Source: Felis catus | Taxonomy: Eukaryota | Direction of reading: 5' to 3' | Length of the DNA: 64,000 nt | NCBI RefSeq assembly: GCF_018350175.1 | Contig: NC_058368.1 | Location: 154,134,001-154,198,000, forward strand | In this document: positions 13,674 to 26,424 of the stretch, piece by piece | Position numbering within the stretch: position 1 is the stretch's first letter | How the letters are laid out: every line of letters begins with the position of its first letter | Position numbers and translations under genes: made by a program | Notes under the pieces: generated by a model | Told to the model about the DNA's origin: nothing | Databases searched by the model: none | The model's input: the letters and a program-made list of their open reading frames with translations, nothing else

Positions 13674-13679
13674 ATCATT
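13424..13679 (+). mobile_element. Can-SINE (felid type) with (TAAA)n tail and a small head deletion
   Basis: GGGGTGCCTGGGTGGCTCAG head, ctgacagctcagagcctggagcc body; TSD agaaatgactata (13411-13423) / aaaaatgactgta (13680-13692). Confidence 0.96.
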
Positions 13680-14130
13680 AAAAATGACTGTACAAAACTG
13701 TAAAAAAATGGTGTTTTAATTCTCAAGTATTTTATTTTCTGAAGATTAGATTATTACGTTGCTTTAATTAACATTTTGAAGGCATAAAGAGGCATCATTA
13801 GATTACCTGCAATGTTTTTAAAAGCTCTCAAGGAAAAAATGTGGTCATACAAGGAAATACAAATATAAATACAGAGAGAAAGAGAGCAATAGGTATGGAG
13901 CAAGAGACTTTTCAAAAGGGAGAAATCAATGATAAGGGATATAAGCAAGAGTGGAATAATAAAAATAACTAATCCCCTCAATATCAAAATTTACTTTGTG
14001 CCTTAATCTATTAATTAATGTTACTGTATAGTATATTATTTAGTATATTATTTAGTATAAATGGTTTAGTGTATTATTTAGCATATTATTAATTATAATA
14101 TATTGTTTTTTCTATTTGCCCTTAGAATTT

Positions 14131-14372
14131 ATTTATTTATTCAATGTTTTTTTTTTTTGAGAGAGAGGGACAGAGTGCAAGCAAGGGAGGGGCAGAGACA
14201 CAGAGAGACACAGAGAGACACAGGGAGACACAGGGAGACACAGAATCCAAAGCAGGCTCCAGGCTCCTAGCTGTCAGCACAGAGCCCCACGTAGGTCCCA
14301 AACCTATGCACCATGAGATCATGACCAGAGCCAAAGTTGGAAGGTCAACTGACTGAGCCACCCAGATGCCCC
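14131..14372 (-). mobile_element. Can-SINE (felid type)
   Basis: Antisense gaatccaaagcaggctccaggctc..ctgagccacccagatgcccc; TSD tgcccttagaattt / tgtccttagaattt. Confidence 0.97.
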
Positions 14373-15714
14373 TGTCCTTAGAATTTATTTTAAATTAACA
14401 AATAATTAGTTCTCACATTCCATAGCTCCAGGATGTTTTGTTTTAAAGACTGGCTCAGAAGTGGAGAAGACACTCCAGATTTTGCATTTTGCAGTTCATT
14501 CCTCTAAGGAACCATTTGTCACAGTCTCCTTAGTGGTAGAAATAGGCAATGTACTGTCTTCTTTCTCAGTCTTTGCCCCTTGAAAGTTTGATAAGGTTTT
14601 TGTATGGCAAAGCTTCTTGCAAATTTTATTCTAAGAAAATGAAAAATGTCGAGTGAAAGCAATTAATTAAAGTATATGTTATTAATAGTCCAACATTTCT
14701 CAGATGCACCTAACTAAAAGTATCCACTAAATGATCATCAAACTTGAAAGTGTATGACTTGTGAGAAACTGCCATGTGCTATTCCATTCATAATTATCAA
14801 CAAATGGTCTATACTTCCTGAGGATAGGAATCTGGCCCTCTTCAGGCATGAAGTCTGATGATTTTAAATTGATTTGTGTTTTCAGCAGCTATTTGACCAT
14901 CTGATCTACATTATACGTCCATATTTTTTTCTTTTTATGTATTTGTGCACTCTCAATTATGGACAAATAATTACCCTATATTATAACATGTACCAAATAT
15001 TGTAAATCACTGTGTAATTATAAATTTGAAGTCCAATTGGCAAAATAAATGGAGGCCTTCATGGTTTACTAAAAAATGTTTATTTACAGTTGGGAAATAG
15101 TGAACTTAGTATTTGGAACATTATATTTGAATTCTGGCTACTCCAGCAGTCAAACATGAACTTTTGTACATAACAAATGCTGTGTTATGTTAGAAAAGAT
15201 TCCACATCACACTCTTTCCAAACCATTCTAATTGTTAATCATATAATAAAACGTAAGGCTGCTGAGTCACCAGAGATGCTAAAATTTACCTCCAGGCTGA
15301 AAAATGATGTCAAGTGTCATCAAGGTGACCAACTTGTCTGTCCGTCACTGAGAGGTTCCAGAAGACATGGCAGAAAATGTTACCCATCTAAATTTCTCTG
15401 CCCTCTCTTCTACCTAGAAAATAGGCTCTTCACCAATTACCTTTTCACAGGGTTACTAAGTTTAAAATAAAACCATTGACTCTGGTTCCAGAATTCTTTA
15501 CTTTAGTAGTAGAACTTTTGTATCTGGAAATGGCTGCTGGCTAGGTCTTAAAATGCATTATGTCTTGGTAGAATGAGAAGTTAAGAAAACATATCCACAG
15601 GACTCTGACCAGCCTTTCCTATTAGTATTTCTCCTGCATTCATAACGCTAATTCTAGCGCCCCAGCGTCTCAGTGTTTGTTGTATGTGTGTGTGTTTACC
15701 TTATTTTTATTTTT

Positions 15715-15742
15715 TTTTAAATTATGTTATTATTTTTTTATT

Positions 15743-15814
<72 letters not shown>

Positions 15815-15982
15815 AAAGAGCACGAGCAGGGGAGAGAAAAAGAGACAGAGACAAAATCCAAAGCAGGCTCCAGGCTCCCAGCTATCAGTGCAAAGCCCGA
15901 CATGGAGCTTGACTTGACAAGCAGTGAGACAATGACATGAGCCAAAGTCAGACGCTTAACTACTGAGCCACCCAGGTGGCCC
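15715..15982 (-). mobile_element. Can-SINE (felid type) with long (GA)n
   Basis: Antisense SINE body ending ctgagccacccaggtggccc; (GA)n at about 15746-15811. Confidence 0.96.
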
Positions 15983-16009
15983 ATTTTTGTTTTTAAGATT
16001 ATCAGTCAA

Positions 16010-16225
16010 GGGGCGCCTGGGTGGCGCAGTCGGTTAAGTGTCCAACTTCAGCCAGGTCACGATCTCGCGGTCCGTGAGTTCGAGCCCCGCGTCGGGCTCT
16101 GGGCTGATGGCTCAGAGCCTGGAGCCTGTTTCCGATTCTGTGTCTCCCTCTCTCTCTCTGCCCCTCCCCCGTTCATGCTCTGTCTCTCTCTGTCCCAAAA
16201 ATAAATAAAAAACGTTGAAAAAAAA
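16010..16225 (+). mobile_element. Very young Can-SINE (SINEC_Fc-like)
   Basis: GGGGCGCCTGGGTGGCGCAGTCGGTTAAG..GTTCGAGCCCCGCGTCGGGC with most CpGs intact and intact A/B boxes; perfect 15-bp TSD aagattatcagtcaa (15995-16009 / 16226-16240). Confidence 0.99.
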
Positions 16226-18572
16226 AAGATTATCAGTCAAATGCAGATTGTTTTAGAAGAGTGTCTATGTGGGTATATATTTGTGTATTGTCATTCATTC
16301 CCACTGCACTCCCACATTTTTAAAATCACATATTAAGACTGAGATAATACTAAGAAGACTTTAAGGGTAGCAAAGGCAGGACCTCTTCCTTTTAGGCTTT
16401 CCCTACCAGCAGGGTCTATAACTCAAAATTCCCCTCCAATGACAGAATCCAAAGTCCTTGAATAATAACCACATATTCGGAGGACCAAGCATGAAATGAA
16501 ACAAAACCACTGAGGTTCAGGGTGAGATGAGATGAAACCAGGGAGCTCAAAGATGTAAAGGGACTGATTAGTCCTGAAACACTGAGTCAGTGCAGCAGAG
16601 ATGTCAAAGGAACCAGACAATGGCCTCACAGGATAGACCATGAGAGAACAAGAGATCCCATGGTATATAATTGAGACATTACACCTAAATCTTCATTTAA
16701 TGGTTTACAAGTCATGATGCAATTCTTCAATCACACATTGTTTTGTATAGTTTTTGAGTCTTCATGTATAAGAGTCATCTTTGCTAAGATCTCTTGGTTA
16801 TTCCCTCTGTCAAATTAAGGGTAAAGTGTGGGATTAGATGGGTAAAATTTTGTTTGGGTGAGAGAGTGATGGAGTTTTAGACTTAGAGTTTTGAGGCTTC
16901 TCAGGGAGAAGAAGAAAACAGATTATCTCCCTTCTGTGTTTTTCATCTCTTTACTGGGTTTCCTCTTCCACACAAAGAACAAACCAAGACAAAAATGCAA
17001 GCTAGTAGCCAATTTAAGGATGTATTGAATGAGATAGTTTTCTTAAGTCAAAACCGTGGAGTATGGCATCTCATACTTGAGCCCTGTGAAAGACTGAAAT
17101 TATGATAATTAGTCGGGACAAATGTGCAACTCAAAACCATCATTCTCAGATTGGTTTGTAAATGAAATTGTCACTTTACTAATTTCTCTTGGCAATCAGC
17201 CTGCTGTAATGACAAAACATTGGTGTCCAGTACTTAGGGGATCCTGTTCCAAGAACTGAGGCAACTGAAAAACGATTGAATATTGAGAAATCTACTTGGT
17301 GGACGTAGCTTTAGGAGAATACATATTTTTATTCCATCTGGCAGCTTAAACTGTGATTTCCAAATGAGAGTACTTTTGGAGTATGTGTGAGGACATGGTA
17401 TGTTGCCTTAGAACACCAATTTTATAAGAAGATTTTCTTTTTTGTCAGGAATAGTTGAACCATTTAAAACGATTTGTATTAAAACAAACACAATTATGTT
17501 ACAGAGTATGCCTAGGAATGCAAGATGCAATTAGTAATTTTTAGCTAAAATGTAAAACGAAACTTTCATTTTTAGAGAGACTCTGTGCCAAAAGTGTTCA
17601 ATGCTGACCAGATTCTGCCTTAGGGGTTCCGCTTCTCTCTCCTTAGTGAGCTCTAATGGAACAGTGCATAGAAGATTCACAGCCTGAATTGATGCCCTAC
17701 TCCATAGAGAGGTAGGAGACGCATCCACTTGGAGTAAGACACACTGACAGACCCTTCCCCTCCAGCAGATCTGTGGATAGGCTCCATGCTGACCATTGTC
17801 CATTTGTGCTCCTTTTTACAGCCTCATCCATTCCTTTTTTCAATACACTTCCATAACTTTTCTAAATTTATAGCTTAGTTTACATTGATTACATTTTAGG
17901 TTGACTGCTTTCTGAGGATATATAAAGGGCACCTTAATCTCATGAATTACCTGTTTCTGAATCGCAATGCAGGTTGAGTTACTTTATAAAGGCTTTTGTG
18001 GCTCCATCTCTCTTATGTGGATTTTGATCAACAACAATTACATGGAGTAGAGCATTTTGTCCTGAGTGTTTTTGTATTTCCCTTACCCTTGCCTTAACTG
18101 TTTTTTGACCTAGGTTTTTAGATAACATTGCTTTTCAGCCTTTACTCTCTATCTTCGGTAACATACTTTTTGGGTGGTTCTTACTTTTAGAAAGCTTAAA
18201 TAAAAGTAGGAACCTCAAGAGCTAAGTGTGTTAATCCATGTATGTACTCGTTTGAATTAAAAATTACTATTTTTCAGTCTGTACGAAATCAAGCATAGTA
18301 TCATGAAGACTTAGCAAAATATAGCCTGAAGACGAGCAAGTATGAGTTTAATAGGTAATATTTTGGTTATTTTTGCTTTGTTGTTTTTCCCCTTTGTACT
18401 GTTTACTGCTTAATTTATGACCAAGGTAATTATACAAAAGAAGGTAAGGTCAGTGACAAAGAACTTTACATGCAATTTCATGTTCTTCCACTAAGCATAA
18501 TATCCTACTTATTATCTCCACCCCTACCTCTGCTATCACTTACGTTTCATCCATTTACACTGCTCTATTTTT

Positions 18573-18593
18573 TTTAATATTTATTTTATTTTT

Positions 18594-18631
<38 letters not shown>

Positions 18632-18826
18632 CAGAGGGAGGGAGAGGGATGGAGAGAGAGAATGAGCAGGGAAGGGGCAAAGAGAGAGGGAGACAAAGAA
18701 TCCGAAGTGGCTCCAGGCTCTGAGCTGTCAGCACAGAGCCTGACGCAGGGCTCAAACCCATGAACTGAGAGATCGTGACCTGACCTGAAGTTGGGCATTT
18801 AAACAACTGAGCCAACCAGGCACCCC
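18573..18826 (-). mobile_element. Can-SINE (felid type)
   Basis: Antisense gaatccgaag..ggctccaggctctgagctgtcagcacagagcc..gagccaaccaggcacccc; degenerate TSD. Confidence 0.96.
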
Positions 18827-18889
18827 TATACTATTTTATTTTTATTGTACTTGCCAATTCCAAAGCTATACTACCTACTTGTTTTCTAT

Positions 18890-19000
18890 TTCTTTTTTAT
18901 TCTCACTTGAACATAAGTTCTCTGAGAGCAGGGACTTTGTTTCCCTTGGTTGCTCTATTTTATCACCTGCAACAGTACTTGATGACTTTCAGTATGTATT
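18890..19000 (+). mobile_element. L2 3'-end fragment
   Basis: cacttgaacataagttctctgagagcagggactttgt..cctgcaacagtacttg resembles the L2 3' end. Confidence 0.6.
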
Positions 19001-19007
19001 TTCAATA

Positions 19008-19151
19008 CATGGCGTCTTGACTTCAGGACTTCAAACATTTTGAGATGGGTACAGCTCTGTTGTGGAAGACTGTCCTTTGCACTGTAGGATGTTTGGCAGT
19101 ATCCTAGTCTCCACCCTCTAGATGTCAGTAGTGGTCCCACTCTAAAAAAAA

Positions 19152-19190
<39 letters not shown>

Positions 19191-19257
19191 AAGTCTGTAG
19201 ATATTTGCAGATTTAGGTGGGGGAAATGGCCAAATTGCCCCTGATGAAGAACCACTG
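19008..19257 (-). mobile_element. MER20 (hAT-Charlie DNA transposon fossil) with internal (TAAA)n
   Basis: ctgtcctttgcactgtaggatgtttggcag.atcc..tctagatgtcagtag and terminal ..gaaccactg match antisense MER20; (TAAA)n at about 19143-19192. Confidence 0.88.
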
Positions 19258-21811
19258 GTTTAGTAAAATCAGCAGTAATGGGGATTTAAGCCTATCTTGT
19301 TCATATGAAGAGATATATGAAAGTAGGACCAAGAAAAACTCACTTAAATAGGCAAATGAGATTATGGAGAGACAACCTACTTTTACAGGAGTTGGAGTTA
19401 ATATGGAACAGAAAGGACAGATAAGCAATCCAAAGCACATATGCAGACAGAGGATTAAGTTGGATGGAACAATTTATAATGTTAGCGTTCCTGGAAAGCT
19501 ACAGCTCTCATTTGTCTCTGGGTGATGCTACCACAGGATTAGCTGTGAATATATATACATATTTTTTTCTTTAATTGAGCTGTTGCAAAATGACAGTCTT
19601 CCAACCTGCTCTACTTTTGGCAAGGGCAGTGTCTCATACCAACTGGCTAAAAAACAAAACAAACCCTGTTATAGGAGATCCTTTCAAATAGTGTGATTAG
19701 TGTCAACATACATAGTCTTCGTTCTTACCTGTTAAGTGCCTGGATAACATTTTTATTTAAATTAGCAAGAGACCAGTGTATGTAATTACAAACAAACTGA
19801 TGGTCTAAGTCAGTTGTGTATATTAGTGATAAACTGTATGAATGAAATATAGAGAAAAACCATTAGGCCTTACTAAGTGCTGATTGGTTTTTTCACATTA
19901 TTGTATTTAATTACTAAAAGTTATTTCGCTGATAGTAAAGTCACTTGTTATAGGTCTCACAGCTACTAAGTCTTGCATTTGATTTTTAAAACCTGGTCTA
20001 TCTGTGTTAGAGTCAAATTTCCACTACTTTGCCTGTATATGTGCTAGCAAAAAATATCTAAAGAGTGTCTCTAAGTATAATTTGATAGATTCCAAATAGG
20101 TAAAATTTTAATGTGACTAAAATATTCTCTTCATGTTAAACACTTCAGCAATGAAAATAGTAAAGTTAGGTAATTCCACTCGCTAGAAATAGTTCAGGAT
20201 CAGACCAAACAGACCTCACTTGTATTTTGCCCTGGGACATCCATGTGTTTGCTCGAAGGATAGGTAAATCCATCCAGGAACCTACATAAGCATATTAATT
20301 TATGGTTGATTTAACCACTTTGTCCAGAAAAGTATACTTTCTCCTTTTTCTCCACTTTATCCTTTTCTTTAACTATTGGTGAGGAACTAATCATTTGCTT
20401 ATGTTCCACTCATTTGTTCACTTACGTTTTATTAAGTCAAAGAGCACATTAATTTCTATAAGCTACTAGGCAGAGATAACTCTGTATAAGTTCCCCAGAG
20501 GTGAACATTGAGCTATTCCTTTGAAATTATTCATTGGAAAACATTAAGCTGGGGCAATGTCCAGCATTATAGAGTTGGAAAAGTGGAATTAATTTGCTTT
20601 TTTTCAGCCTTGAGAAAACATGATAGTAGTCCTATGCATATCTGGTCAAGAAGTATTTGAAAATTGTGTTAAACTGTAACAATAAAAAATGATGAGCTAT
20701 AATCTTATCATTAAAACTTTTTTTCCCAAAAATAACCCAACTGTTTTTTCAAATAATGATCATTTCTAAGTATTACTTGATGCTTATAATATATGCAGTA
20801 AAATAAAATGATAGTGCATCTTTAGCACACAAAGGAATGATGCATGGGGTTGGCCACTTTATGCTGTATATTCTGTAGTTATAACAAGCCCATAGTATTT
20901 GTTGATTTCTGATATGCCTGTGCATCTCTTGACAGAGCAGCTCGTTAAACTGAAATGGCTTCAATTTCCTTGTTTTAAAACTCTGACTCCCTCACTCTTA
21001 TCCTGCTTGCTGGCTTTGATTCCTACAAGCACTTATGGATCAATTAAACCAAAGCCTATTACTTGTTTAAAAAATATTTTACATAATATGTTGACAGTGG
21101 CAACTGTTCACAGTTTAATCATGTTTGTAGTTTGCAGGTTTACTCTTTAACCTTTCATTTTAGTATATGAAAATTTTAGAAGTTGCTGAAGTATTTTGGG
21201 AATGAATGAGAATTTCGCTTTATATGCTCTCTATTTTCATAATATTACTCAACTAGCAAAATGTTGATTTTAGTATTTTGAGATGAAATTACTTAGATTT
21301 TAATGGCTATCAAGAATACACTGATATTTTTACATATTTTTGACATTTTGTTAAACCCATCAGCGGTTTTCATTTAGATACTCAAATATGGATGGACAAG
21401 ATATGTGAAATTAAGCTAGTCTTTTTCTGACTGGTATATCAAATGAGTAGATGAGAGCAAAGTACTCCTCAGGACATGGATGAAATTCAGCAAAGTGTTT
21501 CATGTTAAATTCTCATGACAGAGTTGTGAATGAGGGGAGAAAAATGAGTGTAAATCAAGGGCAATTAGGTGAATTGGTTATTGGCTCAATAATGGGAATC
21601 AAAGGATTATAATGAATGAATTTATATTAAGTTAAAATAAAACTTCTTGGTTCTCTTCTTGTCTCTAATAGAGTTTGGGTGACACCAAGCTGGACAAGGT
21701 TCTGGATCCATGAAGTAATAAGATCTATTTGAAAAAAAGTTTGACCAAACTTTGGACCAAATGTACCAAATGTAATAGAATAAAAAATCAGCATTATCCT
21801 TTACTGATTCT

Positions 21812-22067
21812 TTTTTTTTAAACATGAAATTTATTGTCAAATTGGTTTCCATTCAACACCCAGTGCTCATCCCAACAGGTGCCCTCCTCAATGCCCATCA
21901 CCCACCTTCCCCTCCTTCCCACCCCCCATCAACCCTCAGTTTATTCTCAGTTTTTAAGAATCTCTTATGGTTTGGCTCTCTCCCTCTCTCTCTTTTTTTT
22001 TTTTTTCCTTCCCTTTCCCCCATGGTCTTCTGTCAAGTTTCTCAGGATCCACATAAGAGTGAAAACA
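21812..22067 (-). mobile_element. Young 5'-truncated felid-type L1 3' end
   Basis: Poly-T followed by aacatgaaatttattgtcaaattggtttccattcaacacccagtgctcatccc; 17-bp TSD tatcctttactgattct (21795-21811) / tatccttgactgattct (22068-22084). Confidence 0.95.
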
Positions 22068-23244
22068 TATCCTTGACTGATTCTAAAAACCAACACATTT
22101 GTAATAGAATTGTATGAATTAACAGGAGTGAGTGGCCCAAACTAAATACTTGATGAATTGCTATTTTTTTTAATTTAAAAGTAGTACATGTTCATCAAAG
22201 AAAAATTAGCACATGTAGGAATTTAGAAAAGATACCAACAATAATGGTTATAATAGTTTTATGTACTATTTCTTTGTGGTTTTCCACACAAATTTATATA
22301 TTTCTACATTTTCCCATCAGTATTTCACTTTTATGTACGTGATGTACTTTCCCAGTTGTTTTACATGAGTTTAAAATTCTACATAAATTGTTATATATTA
22401 TATGTAATTATATACGTACCAATAGGTATATATGGATATATAATTTCTAGGATTACTTAGCTATGATACTGAACAATAATAAACTCTGATAGCTAAAGTG
22501 TTCTTACAAGGGAATAGCTACAGTGAAATTACTATTGATTTCCATAATAAGGGACGGCAATAAAATAGCGTTTAAGCAATAGACAGTTCACATTAGAAAA
22601 GGTACATTACAGTAGTATAAAAAGTACATTAGAATAACCAGTTATGGTTTGCTGAAATAGTGGTTATTATTAATATTTTTATGGCATTTGGGGTCTTATA
22701 TAATTGATAAAATGTAATTACTGTTGTTACTTTGATTTATATCATGGTCGATTATTAATTTTTCCTTTCTGTATCCTGGGTGTACTACATCCTTCACCAA
22801 CATTTTCACGTTTATATGTGTGGTAGAGTTTCCCACTGTTTCATAAAAGTTTGTAAGGCTGTGACACTCTATGAAAAAAAAGTTGATTGGAGTAAAATTG
22901 TTAACCAGCTTTTTCTTCCAAAATTAGCTTCTGGACTCAGATAATGAAGGAGAAAAATCTCCAGCTCCAAATATCTTATTTAGGCATTCAGATCTCATCT
23001 ATATCATTTTCTGAATGGTAGTTGGATTCTCCTTTGTTTTTATAAAACAAACTAGATTACCAATATGGCTTGTAGAATAGGCTGCTTTTCATTGATTATG
23101 ACTGTGATTTAGAAATCCCATTAATAATTCATACTTCCACTTGATGAATATTGTCTGCAATAGTATTTTTCTGATTTCTTCCAGAAAAAGAATTATTCTC
23201 ATATTTCTATTACCAATCCTTTATGTCTCACCTCTCTTTCTCCT

Positions 23245-23259
23245 TATTTATTTATTTGT

Positions 23260-23303
<44 letters not shown>

Positions 23304-23505
23304 ATGTGTATTTATTATTGAGAGACAGAGAGACAGAACATGAGCAGACGAGGGGCAGAAAGAAGGGGAGACACAGAATCTGAAGCAGGCTCCAGGCTTC
23401 CAGCTGTCCGCACAGAGCCCGATGTGGGGCTCGAACTCACAAACCATGAGATCATGACTTGAGCCGAAGTCGGACGCTTAACCAACTGAGCCACCCAGGC
23501 ACCCC
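23245..23505 (-). mobile_element. Can-SINE (felid type) with (TTTA)n
   Basis: Antisense body gaatctgaagcaggctccaggc..gccgaagtcggacgcttaacc..ccaggcacccc. Confidence 0.97.
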
Positions 23506-23669
23506 ACTCTCCTATCTATTTTATACCCAAATCATTAAATAACTTATTTGAGATTCTTCAGGGAGCCGTGCCTTCATCAGGGTGCCTCTGAGAAAGCCAA
23601 GTCATTGGCAGCGTCCATAAGATGTTTATTGTGTCTTTAAACTCAGTTTTAGTTAATTGAAAAATGAAA

Positions 23670-23965
23670 ATGTGTGGGATGTAAGAAAGAAAGGAAGCAA
23701 AGGGACAGAGTAAGAGAGAGAGAAACAAGCCAAGAAACAGACTCTTAAGTACACAGAACAAACTTTGGTTTTCAGAAGGGAGGTCGATGGGTGGGTGAAA
23801 TAGGTATTGGGGATTAAGGAGCACACCTGTTGTGATGAGCACTGGGTGTTGTATGGAAGTGTTGAATCACTATATCTCTATAGTGAAATTGTATATCTGA
23901 AATTAATGTGACACTATATGTTACCTAACTGGAATTTAAATAAAAACTTAAAAAGTAAAATATAA
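23670..23965 (+). mobile_element. Carnivore L1 3' end (5'-truncated)
   Basis: ccaagaaacagactcttaa..gtgatgagcactgggtgttgtatggaagtgttgaatcact..aactggaatttaaataaaaactta. Confidence 0.92.
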
Positions 23966-26424
23966 AATATATACATCCTTGTGTAATTCTAAATAATACT
24001 ACTAAGTTTTTCTTCTCTGAAATTATATACATGTTGTTCCTTCTTTCTTTGATCACAGTATCAAACTCCTTATCTATTTTTCACTTAGTATTCCTCTGTC
24101 TGTTTATGCTCTTGTACTTTTCATAGACTGATGGCATTCTTTAAAAAAATAAGTGTCAGAATCATTCAAATATTAACTCCAGTTCCATAAATGCTAATTA
24201 TAAGGGTTAAGAAATGCATTCTAAGTGTTGAGATTTTTAACCTCCCATACAGATAGTGGGTTATCTCAAAATGATACCTCCTTATGGGTAATTTTGTTCT
24301 GATTGAAGAAAGGTCATATGAGGTTTCATCATCTTAAGCTAGGTTGTGTAGCTTTAAAATTTTTCTCTTTCTGCATCTGTTGCCTGTAACTACAAGTTGT
24401 CCAAAGGACTCCAATTATGTGTTTTCTTAGGAGAGGATTTTCTCTGTTACAGACCTGAATGTGCAGGGTGTGAAGAGGATTTGAGGAAAGGAAGCCTTCA
24501 GGTAGCCTTCAGGCAAGGGAGGATGATCAGATAATACTTGAAAGAGAAAACAAAACAAACAACCAAACAACTCCAGAGCTGTTTTTAGTAATATGCAAAC
24601 TCTCAAAGTATGAAGTAACTAGGGGAGAATGAAACCCATGGCCATTAATCTTTAGATTTTGCATGAATCTTTAACGTCATTGGGGCTTCTGGGCAACGTA
24701 GAAGGTTCAAATCTGGCCTAAAATTTTGCTTAATTATATTTTATCACACATTTAATTACTCGGTTTTAATTAGAGAAATGGCAAAATCCAGTTGGCAGGT
24801 GGTTCAGTGAGACTAGTAATTAAACACATGTAATGACCCCCAAAGCCAAGCAGACAAAAAAAAAATGAAAATGAAAAAAAAAAAGGCTTAAGAAGGATGT
24901 GATAAAATTGGTTTAATTCGTAAAAGTTTTAGGAAACATGGACTTGAGTCCACAAATTTGCACATATTTGTAACATGTAATTAAAACATTTGTTGTAAAT
25001 ACTGCTTTATTGGTTTTCAATGTCTTCCCATATTTAAGTATGGACATAGTATTTACTTAATGCTTACAATGGATAAAATTTCCAATACATTTCTTGGCTT
25101 TGAGAAAATTCCTCAAAATGCAGCTTTACTCTGATTGGAAATTTTATAGCATTGTAACAAATACTCTTTTTTTAAACTGAATTCATTAAACAGCTGCACT
25201 AGAAAAGTATTTTGTGTGTAACACACAATCCCACTTTAAGACCATAACTGTAAATTTACTTTATACTTTAGTCAAAACTAGGTAATTTTTTTTTGTTTTT
25301 CCTCAGAATTCAGATTCCCAAATTCAGATTCTGAAGTTATTTCACTCTTTATCAGAGCTTAGACTGGGAAAAGGCCTGAAAAATGTGTTTCTCCATATGG
25401 TGAAACTGGTGTTCAAATATCTAGCTATTCTTTAAGTCCTCAAAATCCCAGTACCTTGAAGTTATAAAATGAAGGACATAAACATCCCCTTCTCAGAAAA
25501 GTCAGTGATTTCACTGAATTCTATTAATATTTATGTAATATCTTAATAAATCCATCCACTAATGAATGAATGACAAGCAGGTGTTCTGCATTGCTTTGAG
25601 TGGATATCAACTTTTAAGACTTCTGTGACTTCTGTTCAAAATTCAGGTCTAAAAATTCAATTTCCACATCAGTCTAATGAATACAGTGGCCTAAAAGAAT
25701 GGTTTCTACAGTTAAGGCATAAAAATTTTTTCCTTAAATGAGTTTAGTATCACATATAGTGATTGGACAGAAGTAATTTAGAACACTGATATGGCTCTAT
25801 ACTTAAATCATATAGACTTTAAAATGTACAGCGTGAGTCAGAACAACTGGTATTTTTTCCTTGCAGCATGTAAGCTAGAAGCTTCTGCAGACAGGAAAAT
25901 AATTCTGTCCTGGGCTGTGTCTCCTCCCACCCACCCCTCCCCACCCCCAGAGTTTTAAGTACTTCTGAAAAATTCTCTTGGATAAATAGTGAAAAGAGTT
26001 GGAAAGACTTATCATACAGTAATTTTTACAAAGCAACCTTTTGTGTAGAGTCATGTCTCAAATAAGTATTTGCTGAAAAACTTATGTTGAAAAACTTTGT
26101 TTTGCTACTATGGACAAGAACCAACAGTTGGAATTTGTAAGAAGAGTTACAGAATTATTCTAAAATGTGTAGCAAGGAAGAGGATGAAAAAGGAAGGTGC
26201 TTTTACTGACCACCTGTTCTTTTGGCCAACACACATTAAAAACAGTTTTATTAAAACCTTTTATATCATAAGGACTTGGATAAAGTATGGGACAATAAAT
26301 ACTTGTTCCAAGTAATAGCTACATGCAGTGAAAAATATGTTCAATGTTAATATTTAATTCATATATTTATGCTAAATTTCCAAATCAGTGGTCAGGAACG
26401 GGTTCTTTGTTTCATTAAATCTTA

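Noticed and set aside
14029..14095. Short tandem tagtatattatt repeats, superficially array-like
   Set aside because: Low-complexity AT minisatellite with no unique spacers; not CRISPR-like.
15677..15984. RE/SL dipeptide-repeat ORFs
   Set aside because: (GA)n tract of a SINE.
25290..25440. Strong acceptor-like tract followed by about 42 open codons
   Set aside because: Sequence resembles a degraded MER5-type element; no strong donor or recognisable peptide.
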